In this document: positions 14,895-24,800 of the stretch, one piece after another
Position numbering within the stretch: the first letter of the stretch is position 1
Layout: each line of letters starts with the position of its first letter
IMG/VR virus record: IMGVR_UViG_3300032301_002006
Span: 1 to 30,571 of that record
Source of the DNA: a virus
Taxonomy: Duplodnaviria > Caudoviricetes
Direction: 5' to 3' (one strand)
Length of the DNA: 30,571 nucleotides
Translations under genes and position numbers: made by a program
The notes under the pieces: generated by a model
Database searches by the model: none
Seen by the model: only the letters and a program-made list of their open reading frames with translations
What the model was told of the DNA's origin: nothing

Positions 14895-15713
14895 ATGGAC
14901 GACGTGACCATCTGCAATCTCGCCTTGGCCCGCTTGGGAGATTCCCGGATCGTCACAATGAACGACTCCAAGCCCGAAGCGGAGTATTGCACTCTCTTTT
15001 ATGGGGCTACCAGAGACGAGGTTTTACGCGGCCATCCTTGGAATTTTGCTACCACGCGAGCCGCGCTGTCTCTTTCGTGGGTTGCGCTGACCGGCACTGC
15101 TTTTGCCAACAATGGATCCGGACTGATCCGCGCTACCAAAACGGCGCATGGACTTGCCACCGGGGACCGGATCCACGTCAAGAATGTGGTCGGAGTTGAG
15201 GCTAACGGGACCTGGAACATTACCCGGATCGATGCGGATACCTTTGATCTCATCGGATCAACCTTTGCTGGGGCTCATACGTCTGGCACAGGCTCATTTT
15301 TGAAGGCGCCACTCTTTGGATGGGATTACCTTTACACCCTTCCATCGAATTTCCTTCGTCTCCTGCAGCTCAACGCTTACGAGGCCGAGGAGCCCACAAC
15401 ACGCTGGGAGGTTGAAGGCCGGTTGCTCCTCACCAACGAGGAAGAGGGCAACATCAAGTATGTTTACCAGGTCACGGACGAAAACCTTTTCGATGCTCTT
15501 TTTGTTGAGGCGTTTTCGCTCAAACTGGCCACAAAACTTGCGAAGCCGCTGACAGGATCATCCCAGATGGCCGAGGGGTTCTTGACGGAATACGCTCGCA
15601 TCACGGCACCGTTGGCGCGCCGTATCGATGCCTCTGAGTCTCACCCTACCGTCAAGCCTGCATGGGTGGATAGTCCGCTCGTAAACTCTCGGTTTGGCTC
15701 GGACATCGGATAA
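14895..15713 (+). CDS. Tail adaptor / tail tubular protein A (T7 gp11-like) with an inserted beta domain
   Basis: V.ICN.ALA.LG, RD.VLR.HPWNFA, Y.LP...LR, W.VEG..LLTN, FDALF.EA....LA..LA..LTG. Confidence 0.88.
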   Translation: MDDVTICNLALARLGDSRIVTMNDSKPEAEYCTLFYGATRDEVLRGHPWNFATTRAALSLSWVALTGTAFANNGSGLIRATKTAHGLATGDRIHVKNVVGVEANGTWNITRIDADTFDLIGSTFAGAHTSGTGSFLKAPLFGWDYLYTLPSNFLRLLQLNAYEAEEPTTRWEVEGRLLLTNEEEGNIKYVYQVTDENLFDALFVEAFSLKLATKLAKPLTGSSQMAEGFLTEYARITAPLARRIDASESHPTVKPAWVDSPLVNSRFGSDIG

Positions 15714-15715
15714 CC

Positions 15716-18568
15716 ATGCCTCTTCACGATCTCATTCCTTCGTTCAATGCGGGTGAAGTTTCCCCGCTGATCGACGCGCGAACATCACTTGAGAAATACA
15801 AGTCGAGTTGCCGGACGCTGGAAAATTTTATCATCATGCCGTATGGCGGGGTTAATCGCCGGCCAGGGCTCGAAAACATTGCCGAATGCTACTCGACGGA
15901 ATGCACGTGGAGCTTCTTCGACAAAAAGAAAATCTACGTTGATACCGTCCCGTTTCTTTCAAAGTTTTCAACTGCAACGTTCGATTTTGTTGATGATAAT
16001 GTCACCTTTGCCATCCGGTCCTATTACAAGTTTTCTCCGGGTGAAAAGCTGAAGATTTCGGGAACCGAATATCTTGTGCATTCAATTTCGGAAGGACAAT
16101 GGGTGGTCCTCGCCGACGTTGCTACTGGGATTCCGCTGAACGGTGCGGCCGGAACAGTGCTCAATATGGTTCCTGCAGTTCCCTTCAATGCAGTGACTCC
16201 GGCCGCCACGCGCCACAAGATTTTTTCGTTCAATTACTCGCCGACGACGCGATATATCCTCGAGTTCGGAAACCACACGATCAGGATCTATTCCGGCGAT
16301 CTTTCAAGCGGTGAGGTCTTCACTTTGACAGGGGTTGCGGGTGGAGTCGACAAGGAGGTCCCTTATGCCGATGTGACATTGGATGACATTCAGCTGATCC
16401 AGCTGAACGATGTCATTTACATTTCCCATCCAACGATCGCTCTACGGAAGTTGGAACGCCTGGGATCGAACAATTGGCGAATTTCCGTGGTGAGTTACGA
16501 TTATCCTCCACTCATGGAGGAAAGCAGTGACGGGTTCACGCTGACGCCATCGGCAACAACTGGAACCATCACAATAACTGCGGACAAAGCTTCATACACG
16601 ACGCTGAGGGTCAATGATAACCTGTATTTTTCTGAGGCTGATGTTGGCTCAATGTGGGCGATCTCTCACAGTCGCGACACTTCAAATGCAGCCGTCGCTT
16701 TAACAGGCACCGCAAATTCCTCAAGCATCCAGATTATTGGGACATGGGAACTGACAACATCGGGAACGTGGACCGGAAACATCTACTTAGATCGCTCAGA
16801 AGATAATGGAACCACATGGACGGTCATCCGAACGTGGAACAGCTCGGCTGATCGCAACTACACCTCGACAGGAACACAGGCATACCCGGCTTTATACCGA
16901 CTTCGCTATGTTGGTTCGGGCACCGGGCGGGCCCTGTTGCAAGCCTTGGAGTCGATCCACACGGGGATTGTAAAAATCACGTCGATTACAAGCGAGCTTG
17001 TCGCGACCTGCACGGTTGTCGTCCCATTATTTTCAACCGCGGCAACGAAAAAGTTTTCTGAAACCGCTTTCTCTGGATTGCGCGGCCATGTCTCTTCGAT
17101 GGCCGCACATGAGCAAAGGCTTTTTCTGTCCGGGAACACAAGTCGATCGATGTCGGTTTGGGGAAGCCAACTCGATGACTTTGAGAATTTCCGAGTTGGC
17201 ACGAATGATTCTGACGGACTGTTTTTTACCCTAGCCAGTGGGCAGCAAAACAAGATCCGGTGGATGCTGTCTCAGGACCAATTGATCATTGGGACAAATG
17301 GTGACGAGTGGACGATTGGCGGAAGCGATTCATCGAAGACGATTTCCCCGACGAACATCAAAGCTGCGAACCAGAGCCGTTACGGGTCGGAAAATATCCA
17401 AGCAATCCTCCTTGCCGATGTCGTTCTTTTTGTTCAGCGAAATGGCCGAAAGATTCGCGAGCTGACGTATTCATTTGAACGTGATGGATGGGTTGCCGTT
17501 GATTTGACGCTCCTTGCGGAACACATAACCCGCGGATCGCTGAAGCAATTGGCTTACCAATCCCAGCCGGACAACATTCTTTGGGCAATTCGCGGCGATG
17601 GGACGTTGGTTGGAATGACTTATGAACGTGACCAAACTGTTGTTGGGTGGCACCGGCACACGACGGACGGAACATTTGAGTCGGTCGCGGTGATTTACGG
17701 AAACCAGACTGAAGACGAGGTGTGGGTTATCGTTAAGCGAACCATCAACGGTGTGGACAAGCGGTTCATCGAACGATTCTCGCTAAACTGGCGGACGTAT
17801 CTTGATGACGAGAACGCGGCACAGTGGCGATATTTGGACTGTCACAAAACTCTTGTGAACCCGGCTCCCTATTCCGGACTTGATGTTAGCATCGCGGCTG
17901 CCCAAACAACATTGAGTTGGCCATCGGGGAATAGCTATTTCTTCAGAGACGCGGTTTACCTTTGCTCGGGATTCACCGGGACCGCGGGAACGATTCTCAA
18001 TAATCGGCTGGTCCGGTTGGGCGGGGTAAGTCTGAACGTTTTGACTGACCACTTGACTGGGAATGCGATCACGAATGCTTCAACGGTAAATGCGACCGGA
18101 ACATTGCTTCTGAAGAACGTATTCAATCCCACGTTTTTGAATCGCACGGTGACGGTATTTCATGCCGACTCGACAGTCCAAACCATCGTGTTGGATACCT
18201 ACGGGATCCCGCAAACTGCCGTTGGCTGTGCTCAGGGGGCAAGTTTTGTTGCCGGCCTCCCCTACACGTCGACGTTAAAGCCGATGCGGCTGAATGTTGA
18301 CCTTCAGGACGGGACCAGCCAGGGCCGGAAAGCTCGTCTGCACGGGCTTACAGCGCGGCTCTACAAGTCGCGCGGCGGGCAGGCGATGACGAATAATGGA
18401 AGCTGGTATGATCTCGGGGATGCATCCGGCGTTTTCACAGGGGATCGAAAGATCACGCTCGCTGGGAATTATGACAACACGGCGGACGTAACGCTTCGTC
18501 AGACCCAACCTTTTCCTCTCACCGTCATTGCCATCATTCCCAAATGGGATTCTTTCGGATCTGAATAA
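15716..18568 (+). CDS. Tail nozzle / tail tubular protein B (T7 gp12-like)
   Basis: SFNAGEVSP, LENFI..PYGG..RRPG, Y.LEFG, EQRL, WGS...DF.NF, DLTLLAEHIT, GWHRH.T.G, V.RTING...R.IE, GLPY.S...P, Q.QP.PLTV. Confidence 0.9.
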   Translation: MPLHDLIPSFNAGEVSPLIDARTSLEKYKSSCRTLENFIIMPYGGVNRRPGLENIAECYSTECTWSFFDKKKIYVDTVPFLSKFSTATFDFVDDNVTFAIRSYYKFSPGEKLKISGTEYLVHSISEGQWVVLADVATGIPLNGAAGTVLNMVPAVPFNAVTPAATRHKIFSFNYSPTTRYILEFGNHTIRIYSGDLSSGEVFTLTGVAGGVDKEVPYADVTLDDIQLIQLNDVIYISHPTIALRKLERLGSNNWRISVVSYDYPPLMEESSDGFTLTPSATTGTITITADKASYTTLRVNDNLYFSEADVGSMWAISHSRDTSNAAVALTGTANSSSIQIIGTWELTTSGTWTGNIYLDRSEDNGTTWTVIRTWNSSADRNYTSTGTQAYPALYRLRYVGSGTGRALLQALESIHTGIVKITSITSELVATCTVVVPLFSTAATKKFSETAFSGLRGHVSSMAAHEQRLFLSGNTSRSMSVWGSQLDDFENFRVGTNDSDGLFFTLASGQQNKIRWMLSQDQLIIGTNGDEWTIGGSDSSKTISPTNIKAANQSRYGSENIQAILLADVVLFVQRNGRKIRELTYSFERDGWVAVDLTLLAEHITRGSLKQLAYQSQPDNILWAIRGDGTLVGMTYERDQTVVGWHRHTTDGTFESVAVIYGNQTEDEVWVIVKRTINGVDKRFIERFSLNWRTYLDDENAAQWRYLDCHKTLVNPAPYSGLDVSIAAAQTTLSWPSGNSYFFRDAVYLCSGFTGTAGTILNNRLVRLGGVSLNVLTDHLTGNAITNASTVNATGTLLLKNVFNPTFLNRTVTVFHADSTVQTIVLDTYGIPQTAVGCAQGASFVAGLPYTSTLKPMRLNVDLQDGTSQGRKARLHGLTARLYKSRGGQAMTNNGSWYDLGDASGVFTGDRKITLAGNYDNTADVTLRQTQPFPLTVIAIIPKWDSFGSE

Positions 18569-18978
18569 TGGACAAGCCGATTTACAAACTTTGCCTTTAC
18601 GATCCCGGCCAATATGAGGTTGTCCGGGAGTGGTGGGTTGCGCACGGGTGGGGAGCGGTGCCGTCCGCAATTCTTCCAAAGTTTGGTGTGATGGCATTCT
18701 TTGGAGAAACCCCGCTGGCGTGTGCCTGGCTTTACATGGACAACTCAGTCGGAGTTTCAATGCTTGAATGGATGGTTTCAAATCCTGATGCGTCACCTCG
18801 CAAAGTTTTGAAGGCAATCAATCTGATCGTCGACTTCATGGGAAAGGCTGCGGCTGACATGGATTACGGGGTCATGCTTACAACCTGCAAACAGGAGTCG
18901 CTTGCCAAAGTTTACGAGCGCGCCGGATTCGCGCGGACTGATTCTGAAATGATCCACTTTGTGAGGAGGCTAAAATAA
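18568..18978 (+). CDS. Putative GNAT-fold protein in the T7 gp13-like position
   Basis: Position between the nozzle and the internal virion genes; L...YE..GF motif. Confidence 0.65.
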   Translation: MDKPIYKLCLYDPGQYEVVREWWVAHGWGAVPSAILPKFGVMAFFGETPLACAWLYMDNSVGVSMLEWMVSNPDASPRKVLKAINLIVDFMGKAAADMDYGVMLTTCKQESLAKVYERAGFARTDSEMIHFVRRLK

Positions 18979-18979
18979 C

Positions 18980-19831
18980 ATGGCTGCTTATACGGGAACG
19001 GCATTGATGGTGGCATCCCTCGCCATGACCGCTGCCTCTGTCGGAATGCAGATGTATTCTGCGAACGAAGCGGCAAAGAACGAGCGTTCGATTGCAGCAT
19101 ACAATGCCCAAATCGCGAACCAGGAAGCCGAAATGCAGGGCGCGGTCGCTCGCCGCCAAGGAGAGATCGCGCAATACAATGCCACACTTCAGATGCGGCA
19201 GGCTGAGGCTCAAAAGCAGGCTTCCGACGTTCAGGCTCGAATTCAGGAATACAACGCAGAAATGCAGTCGCGGAATGCCACGACGATGCGGGCCTACGCC
19301 GACAATGCCGAGGAACAGGGCCGTGAACAGGCGCGCCGGATGCGTGAAGACAAGGCGCGTATCCTCGGGCTTCAGCGGTCGCAGTTTGCCAAAGGCGGGG
19401 TGACGACGGAAGGATCTCCCTTGGCCGTTCTTGCTGAGACGGACGGAACTCTCGAATTGCAGATTCAAGACATGTGGACGCAATCTGTAAACGAGAGCAA
19501 AAAGATGCGCGGTGAGGCCGATAACCTCGATGCTGACGCGGCAATGACCCGGTGGGGTGCTGAGGTCGGGCGGCGATCTGGCGACTTTTCAAGCCTGTTG
19601 AGCATGGGCGCTGCCCAGGCGAGTTACGACAGCGCACTCTTTGAAACCGAAGCCTCATCGGCTGGGGTTCGGATTGCCAAGCGGCAGGCAGAAATTGACC
19701 GGCTCGCCGGGAACAATCGCGCGAACGCCTACGAGCTGCAGGGGCTCGCCTCCGGGATCTCGGGCGCGGCGGATATGTCCTCGACCTTGCTGAACTACAA
19801 TTACAACGCGAAACCCTCCGCGAAACGCTAA
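18980..19831 (+). CDS. Internal virion (ejection) protein, gp14-like
   Basis: Hydrophobic N-terminus, A/Q-rich coiled coil, G.QR...A..GV...GSPL.VL motif. Confidence 0.8.
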   Translation: MAAYTGTALMVASLAMTAASVGMQMYSANEAAKNERSIAAYNAQIANQEAEMQGAVARRQGEIAQYNATLQMRQAEAQKQASDVQARIQEYNAEMQSRNATTMRAYADNAEEQGREQARRMREDKARILGLQRSQFAKGGVTTEGSPLAVLAETDGTLELQIQDMWTQSVNESKKMRGEADNLDADAAMTRWGAEVGRRSGDFSSLLSMGAAQASYDSALFETEASSAGVRIAKRQAEIDRLAGNNRANAYELQGLASGISGAADMSSTLLNYNYNAKPSAKR

Positions 19832-19834
19832 CCC

Positions 19835-21802
19835 ATGCCATCCATTCGACTTGTTGACATCCCGAACGCGCCCGGCGCCGGTGCCCCGAATCTCCAACAG
19901 GGCGGCGCGAGAATGCCAGACATGCCGTCTGTCCCCGGGAATGCGGCTCTTGACGGGTCCAGCTTGGCGCGAGGAGCCGCAAACTTGAGGGAACGTCCGG
20001 TTGACTCGGGGGCAGTGAATGCTGGTGTGCTGGCTTTGCAGGATCTTGGGAAGGCTGTGAAAGAAGCCGCAGGTGTGCCGGCTGATTTATCTTTGCGTCT
20101 TCAGCGGGCACAGAATACCGCCGACATCGCCCGGGCGGATGTCATCATGCGAGACGCGTTCGCTTCTCACCAAGACCGAATGCAGGGAATGCCGGAAACC
20201 CAGTGGGAAGAGACATGGAAAACGGAAGGGCTTAAATCTGTTCGCGAGCAAATCGATAATCTTGGGCTCTCCCAGGCCGCTCGGGATCAGCTGACCCCGG
20301 ATTTGATCCAATGGGAAGGCGCGACTTCTATTCAGGTCCGGACTCAGGCGACCAAGCAGACAATTGGAAACAATCGGCTCGCGGTAAAGAACGCCGTGGA
20401 TCGCGCGGTTCTTGATGGCGATTTTGAATTGGCGATCTCGCATTACAAAAATGGGGTTTCGAGCGCGCTCTTCAGCCCGGAAGAGGGAGACGCCGGGATT
20501 GTGGAAATTGAAGAACGGGTGAAAGCCAAAGCAAAAGAAGATCAGGCCAGCGGGATTGCTTCGGCGATTGAGACGGATCCCGGATCGGCGATCCCCGAAC
20601 TTGAGAAAGCCGCGCGCGGGGAACCGAACGCATTTGGGGAGGGAATCGAACCGCTCAAGGCCAAGCGGTTTCTGTCCATGGCCCAGCGTGAGGACAAAAA
20701 CCGCAAGGTCGAATTGCGCGTGGATCTGCATAATCGGATCATCTCTGGCGACATTCTTGACCCGGAGACGCTTCGTAAAGAGTCCGGTGGTAAACTTGAC
20801 GAAAAGACGTTGAAGTCGCTTGAGAAGATAATGGGCAAGGAAATCCCATTCGACCCGGAAACGTTCTCGAAGCTGCGCACCCAGATTGTCGCCTACAACG
20901 CATCAACGGACCAGGACGGGTCAAAGCTGAACGAAATCATGACCGGGATCGAAACCACGGTCCCTCAAAACAGACAGGGCCCGCTCAACAGCGAGCTTTC
21001 GCAATCGTGGAATGCCACTGTTCGCGATGGCAAAAAGCGAACGGTCAAAGCGGAAGCATTGAGCAGCATGGAAAAAATGATCAATGACATGACGAGCGAG
21101 GGCGTGCTTGGGCAATACAAGACCGGCAAGGGAGATGACGCCAAATATGACGAGGCCAAACGCGCGGAAGTCTGGATCAAAGCGGAAACACTCAAACAAG
21201 GGATGCGAGATTTTAGCGAAGCAAATCCCGACGCAACGCCCGCCGAATTCCAGTCACACTTTCAAAGCCTCGCCGGTGCGGAAGCTGCGGCGTCCGTGCA
21301 AGCCCAAATCATGGAAGATCAAGCATCCTCAAAGGCAACGCCATTTTGGGGAAAGACCATGTTTGAAATGGCCACGGGTGACGATTTCCAAGCTGGGCTG
21401 TCTGGTGATTTGATCGAGCGAGTCAAGGGCATGGAAGGCTTTTTTAAAGAAGCCTACCAGGACAGTGGGCAAGTGAGCATCGGTTACGGCACAAAAGGAA
21501 AACTGGGTGAGACTCTTGAACCGGCAGAAGCGGAAGCCCGCTTGCGTGATGAACTGGCCGGCCATGCAAAGCGAGTTGATGCGGCAGCTCGTCGATTGGG
21601 GGTCCAACTCACAAAGGGACAACGTGACGCGCTCATTAGTTTCGACTTTAACACTGGCGCGGGGCCGAAGGTTTTGGAATCCAAGACGCCGGAAGCTATT
21701 GCAAAACGGATGCAGCTTTACATTTACGAAGATCCCAAACGTCCGCCGAGTCGAGGTCTGATCAATCGTCGTGCAAAGGAAATGGAGATTTGGAACCAAT
21801 GA
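19835..21802 (+). CDS. Internal virion protein (gp15-like) with a C-terminal GH24 lysozyme domain
   Basis: Long helical body, then MEGF...AYQD...SIGYGT, QRDALISF.FN.G and GLINRR..E. Confidence 0.85.
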   Translation: MPSIRLVDIPNAPGAGAPNLQQGGARMPDMPSVPGNAALDGSSLARGAANLRERPVDSGAVNAGVLALQDLGKAVKEAAGVPADLSLRLQRAQNTADIARADVIMRDAFASHQDRMQGMPETQWEETWKTEGLKSVREQIDNLGLSQAARDQLTPDLIQWEGATSIQVRTQATKQTIGNNRLAVKNAVDRAVLDGDFELAISHYKNGVSSALFSPEEGDAGIVEIEERVKAKAKEDQASGIASAIETDPGSAIPELEKAARGEPNAFGEGIEPLKAKRFLSMAQREDKNRKVELRVDLHNRIISGDILDPETLRKESGGKLDEKTLKSLEKIMGKEIPFDPETFSKLRTQIVAYNASTDQDGSKLNEIMTGIETTVPQNRQGPLNSELSQSWNATVRDGKKRTVKAEALSSMEKMINDMTSEGVLGQYKTGKGDDAKYDEAKRAEVWIKAETLKQGMRDFSEANPDATPAEFQSHFQSLAGAEAAASVQAQIMEDQASSKATPFWGKTMFEMATGDDFQAGLSGDLIERVKGMEGFFKEAYQDSGQVSIGYGTKGKLGETLEPAEAEARLRDELAGHAKRVDAAARRLGVQLTKGQRDALISFDFNTGAGPKVLESKTPEAIAKRMQLYIYEDPKRPPSRGLINRRAKEMEIWNQ

Positions 21803-24800
21803 GAGCAATCGCACTCGAAGATGTAGACGATCCGGGATTGATGCCAGTCCGCAAGGCAATCGCGATTGATCCGAGCGAGGTCAATGCCTCGCGCGACACC
21901 GCGGAATCTCGATTGGAGAGCCTTTTCACGGACGATGCTGCTTTGGCCGAGGTATCGGCGCGGCCAAGCGTGAAACTCGCAATGCAGGCATCGCCACTCA
22001 ATGACAAGATCGTTAAACAGGCAGCAATCGGTGCATATCTTTCGCATCAATTGAAGCGTGATGTTTCGCCGCTTGAATATCCCAGCGCGCGTGATGGCGT
22101 GGCACGAGCTGAGTTTGGAAAAGAAAATCCATCCGACGAGGAAATGTTTGCACTCGTTCGAGGCAAATTCGAGTGGAAGCAGAAAGAGGAAGCGGCGGTC
22201 GATGATCTCCACGTTTCGGCAATCTCTCAAGCACTTGATGACGCGGCGAACGGTCGCCAGACTTCGCTTGCTCCGACGTTCCAAGCATGGGCGCAAAAGT
22301 ATCCTGACCTTGTGGACGGGAAGAATGATAGCGGCTACCTGACGGGCGCATTCAAGATGTATCAGCAAGCCCGGTGGGATGTTGAGAAATCCGCCCCGAT
22401 TGCTGGAAAAGGGCTGAATCTCCTTCAACAACTTTCAACCGGGCAAGGCAATGAGGAGGAATTACGCTCGTTTGCTATCGACGTTTCCAAGATGCCGACA
22501 GAGGACAGGGAAAAGGCGTATCGGTATATCGCGCTCGGTGCGAAGGCGCGGCAGGTCGATCTTTCCGTTTTGGATCAGAACTTGAAGAACTTTGGGGAGT
22601 CATTCACGCGAGGCTTTGATTTCTTGCCACAGGGGGCCGGGCAATTCGATGAAGGTGTTGCGCGGGCGCGGTTGAAAGAGATTGAAGGCGGGCGGTTCTC
22701 GATGCGTGACAATGAGGACGGAACGGCAACGGTTTTGCTTGGCGACTTTTACGGCAAAGAAGGAACGCGGCAACCGACGACGGAAGAGATTCAAAGCAAG
22801 GCGGGCGAGCTTCGCGAAATCCTGCCAATGTTCCAAGTGATGCGCGAGCTTCGCGCCTTGGCTCGCAATGAGGTTGACCCCGTTAAACCGCAATGGGGGG
22901 CGGAAGGCTCGTTTGGCGGAACGATTGAGGCGGGGTTATTGGGGCTCACTGGCTCGGTTGGATTGATGGGTGCGACGGCAGTTAATCCGATGGTTGGCGT
23001 GTCGGCATACAAGTCGAGCGAGCTTGACCGAATTCTTTTAGAGAATCCCAAAATGGATTGGCGGGCCGCGAACCAACTCGCTTTTGTCGAAGGCGCGGCA
23101 AACGCCACTATCGACCGGATGCAGCTTGGAATGTTGACGGGCAAGCTTCCGATCTTCGGGAGAATGTTGGCGCAAATTCGGAGCAACACCCTACGCCGGA
23201 CGCTCAAGGGCGCGGCAATGATCGCAGAGCAAAACATTCAAGAGGGTGCACAGGATCTCATTGCGCCGATTGCTGAGACGTTTCTTGCCGCCTTGCGCGA
23301 GGACATGCCGGATAAAGACTTTTCCAAGTTGGCGGCAGAATGGGCTGGCTCACGCGCTGAGACATTTTGGGCAACCCTCCCGCTTGCGCTGATTGGAATG
23401 GGAGCGGCTAGCGTTTCGGATTTCAAGATGGAACCACGGGACGCGCTTCGGGCCGGGTTCTCTGAGAAGCAAATCAAACGCATCTCGCTTTCTTCAAGTG
23501 CGGCAGAGGCAGATGCGGTCATTCAAAAAGAATGGGAAGCGCGAACGCCAGAAAACATCTCGAAGGCGGCGACGATTATTGAGCAAGAGCGCACGATTGC
23601 AGAGGCTCAACAGGCTTCGTCGGCCACGGCTACGGTGCGAGCGGTCGGGAATGGAGAGTTTGCAGTCGATGACAAGGACGGAACGGAACAACTCCGAACC
23701 AAGGACATGGACGCAGCACTTATGGCTGTGCGAGACATCAACGCGGCTTCGTTTTCGGGCCAGCGGTCTGGGATCGCTGAGGCGTCTGTATACATTGGGC
23801 AGGTGAACGAGGCAATCGGTCGCGGTGAGGACGTTCAAAAGCTCATGACCGAACAGGCTCCCCGCTCACTACTCGACGAATACAACGCGAACCCGACGTC
23901 CGAAAACTTGGACCGGTTGTTTGAAACCGTCCGGTTTCACGGCGAGGAAATCAACGATGTTTCCGAGCTCGGACAGTATTTCGTGAAGGCGAGCAACAGG
24001 GGATCAATCAAGGGCGATGTATATCGCTCGATCATCCGGGTGCATGAGGGGGCAAATGGTCTGCATGTGATGCGAGACTTTGCCCAGGACAATATGAAGC
24101 GGGCGGTTGCCGAAGGGGACGTTTCGATTGATTGGGTTCGCGGCCAACTTGCCGGTCTTGCGGGAACAAATGGCTTCGAGGGCATCCGCACAGAATCTGA
24201 TACCGATGTCATCGAATCGTTCTCCGACGTGGCGGTCGCCTATTTCCACGGTCGCATCAAGGATGCAGCCATTCCGGCCGGCCTGCGTGGGTTTCTCCGG
24301 AAGATGGCGGTTTTTGTGAAGGAAATCTTCATCCGCTCCTACCGGCTGAAACGTGCGATCGCCGATGGCAAGGTCGGTGAGAATTTCCAGCAACTCCTTG
24401 CAACTTCGGTCGGGCTCGACACGGACCAGATTATTGCAATGGAGGGAGAGAAGGCGCAACGGCGGATGGAACGCGAGGCACTGGATCAGTTGGAGAACGG
24501 AGACTTTGCACAGGGGGGCGAACTTCTGAAAGTGCTCAAGGGCGCTAAGCTGCCGGATGAAAAATCCCCGTTCTGGAATGAGGGCTTCGCGCGGCTCAAG
24601 GAAGCCGTCCGCGAGACGAACAAGTGGAAGTCTGCCAGCGAGAAGATCAAGCTTTCGGATCTGTTCTCCCACGATGCGGTTGACCCGGATCTGAATGTCG
24701 TCGGCGCGTTGCAGGAAAATGGATTCGATTTCTTCACGGTGGACGATCTCACTCAAGCGGTCGAAGCCCGGATTGTTTCGGGCAATCCGCAATTTGGAAC

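Noticed and set aside
13412-14992. 526-aa antisense ORF spanning the capsid and decoration genes
   Set aside because: It mirrors two same-frame, codon-biased + strand genes, has no recognisable motifs, and is best explained as a shadow ORF.
18041-18060. TTGACTGACC / TTGACTGG partial matches to the regulatory box
   Set aside because: Intragenic and lacking the GACACC end.
18912-20111. 399-aa minus-strand ORF
   Set aside because: Antisense to convincing internal virion genes, with low-information R/P/S composition.
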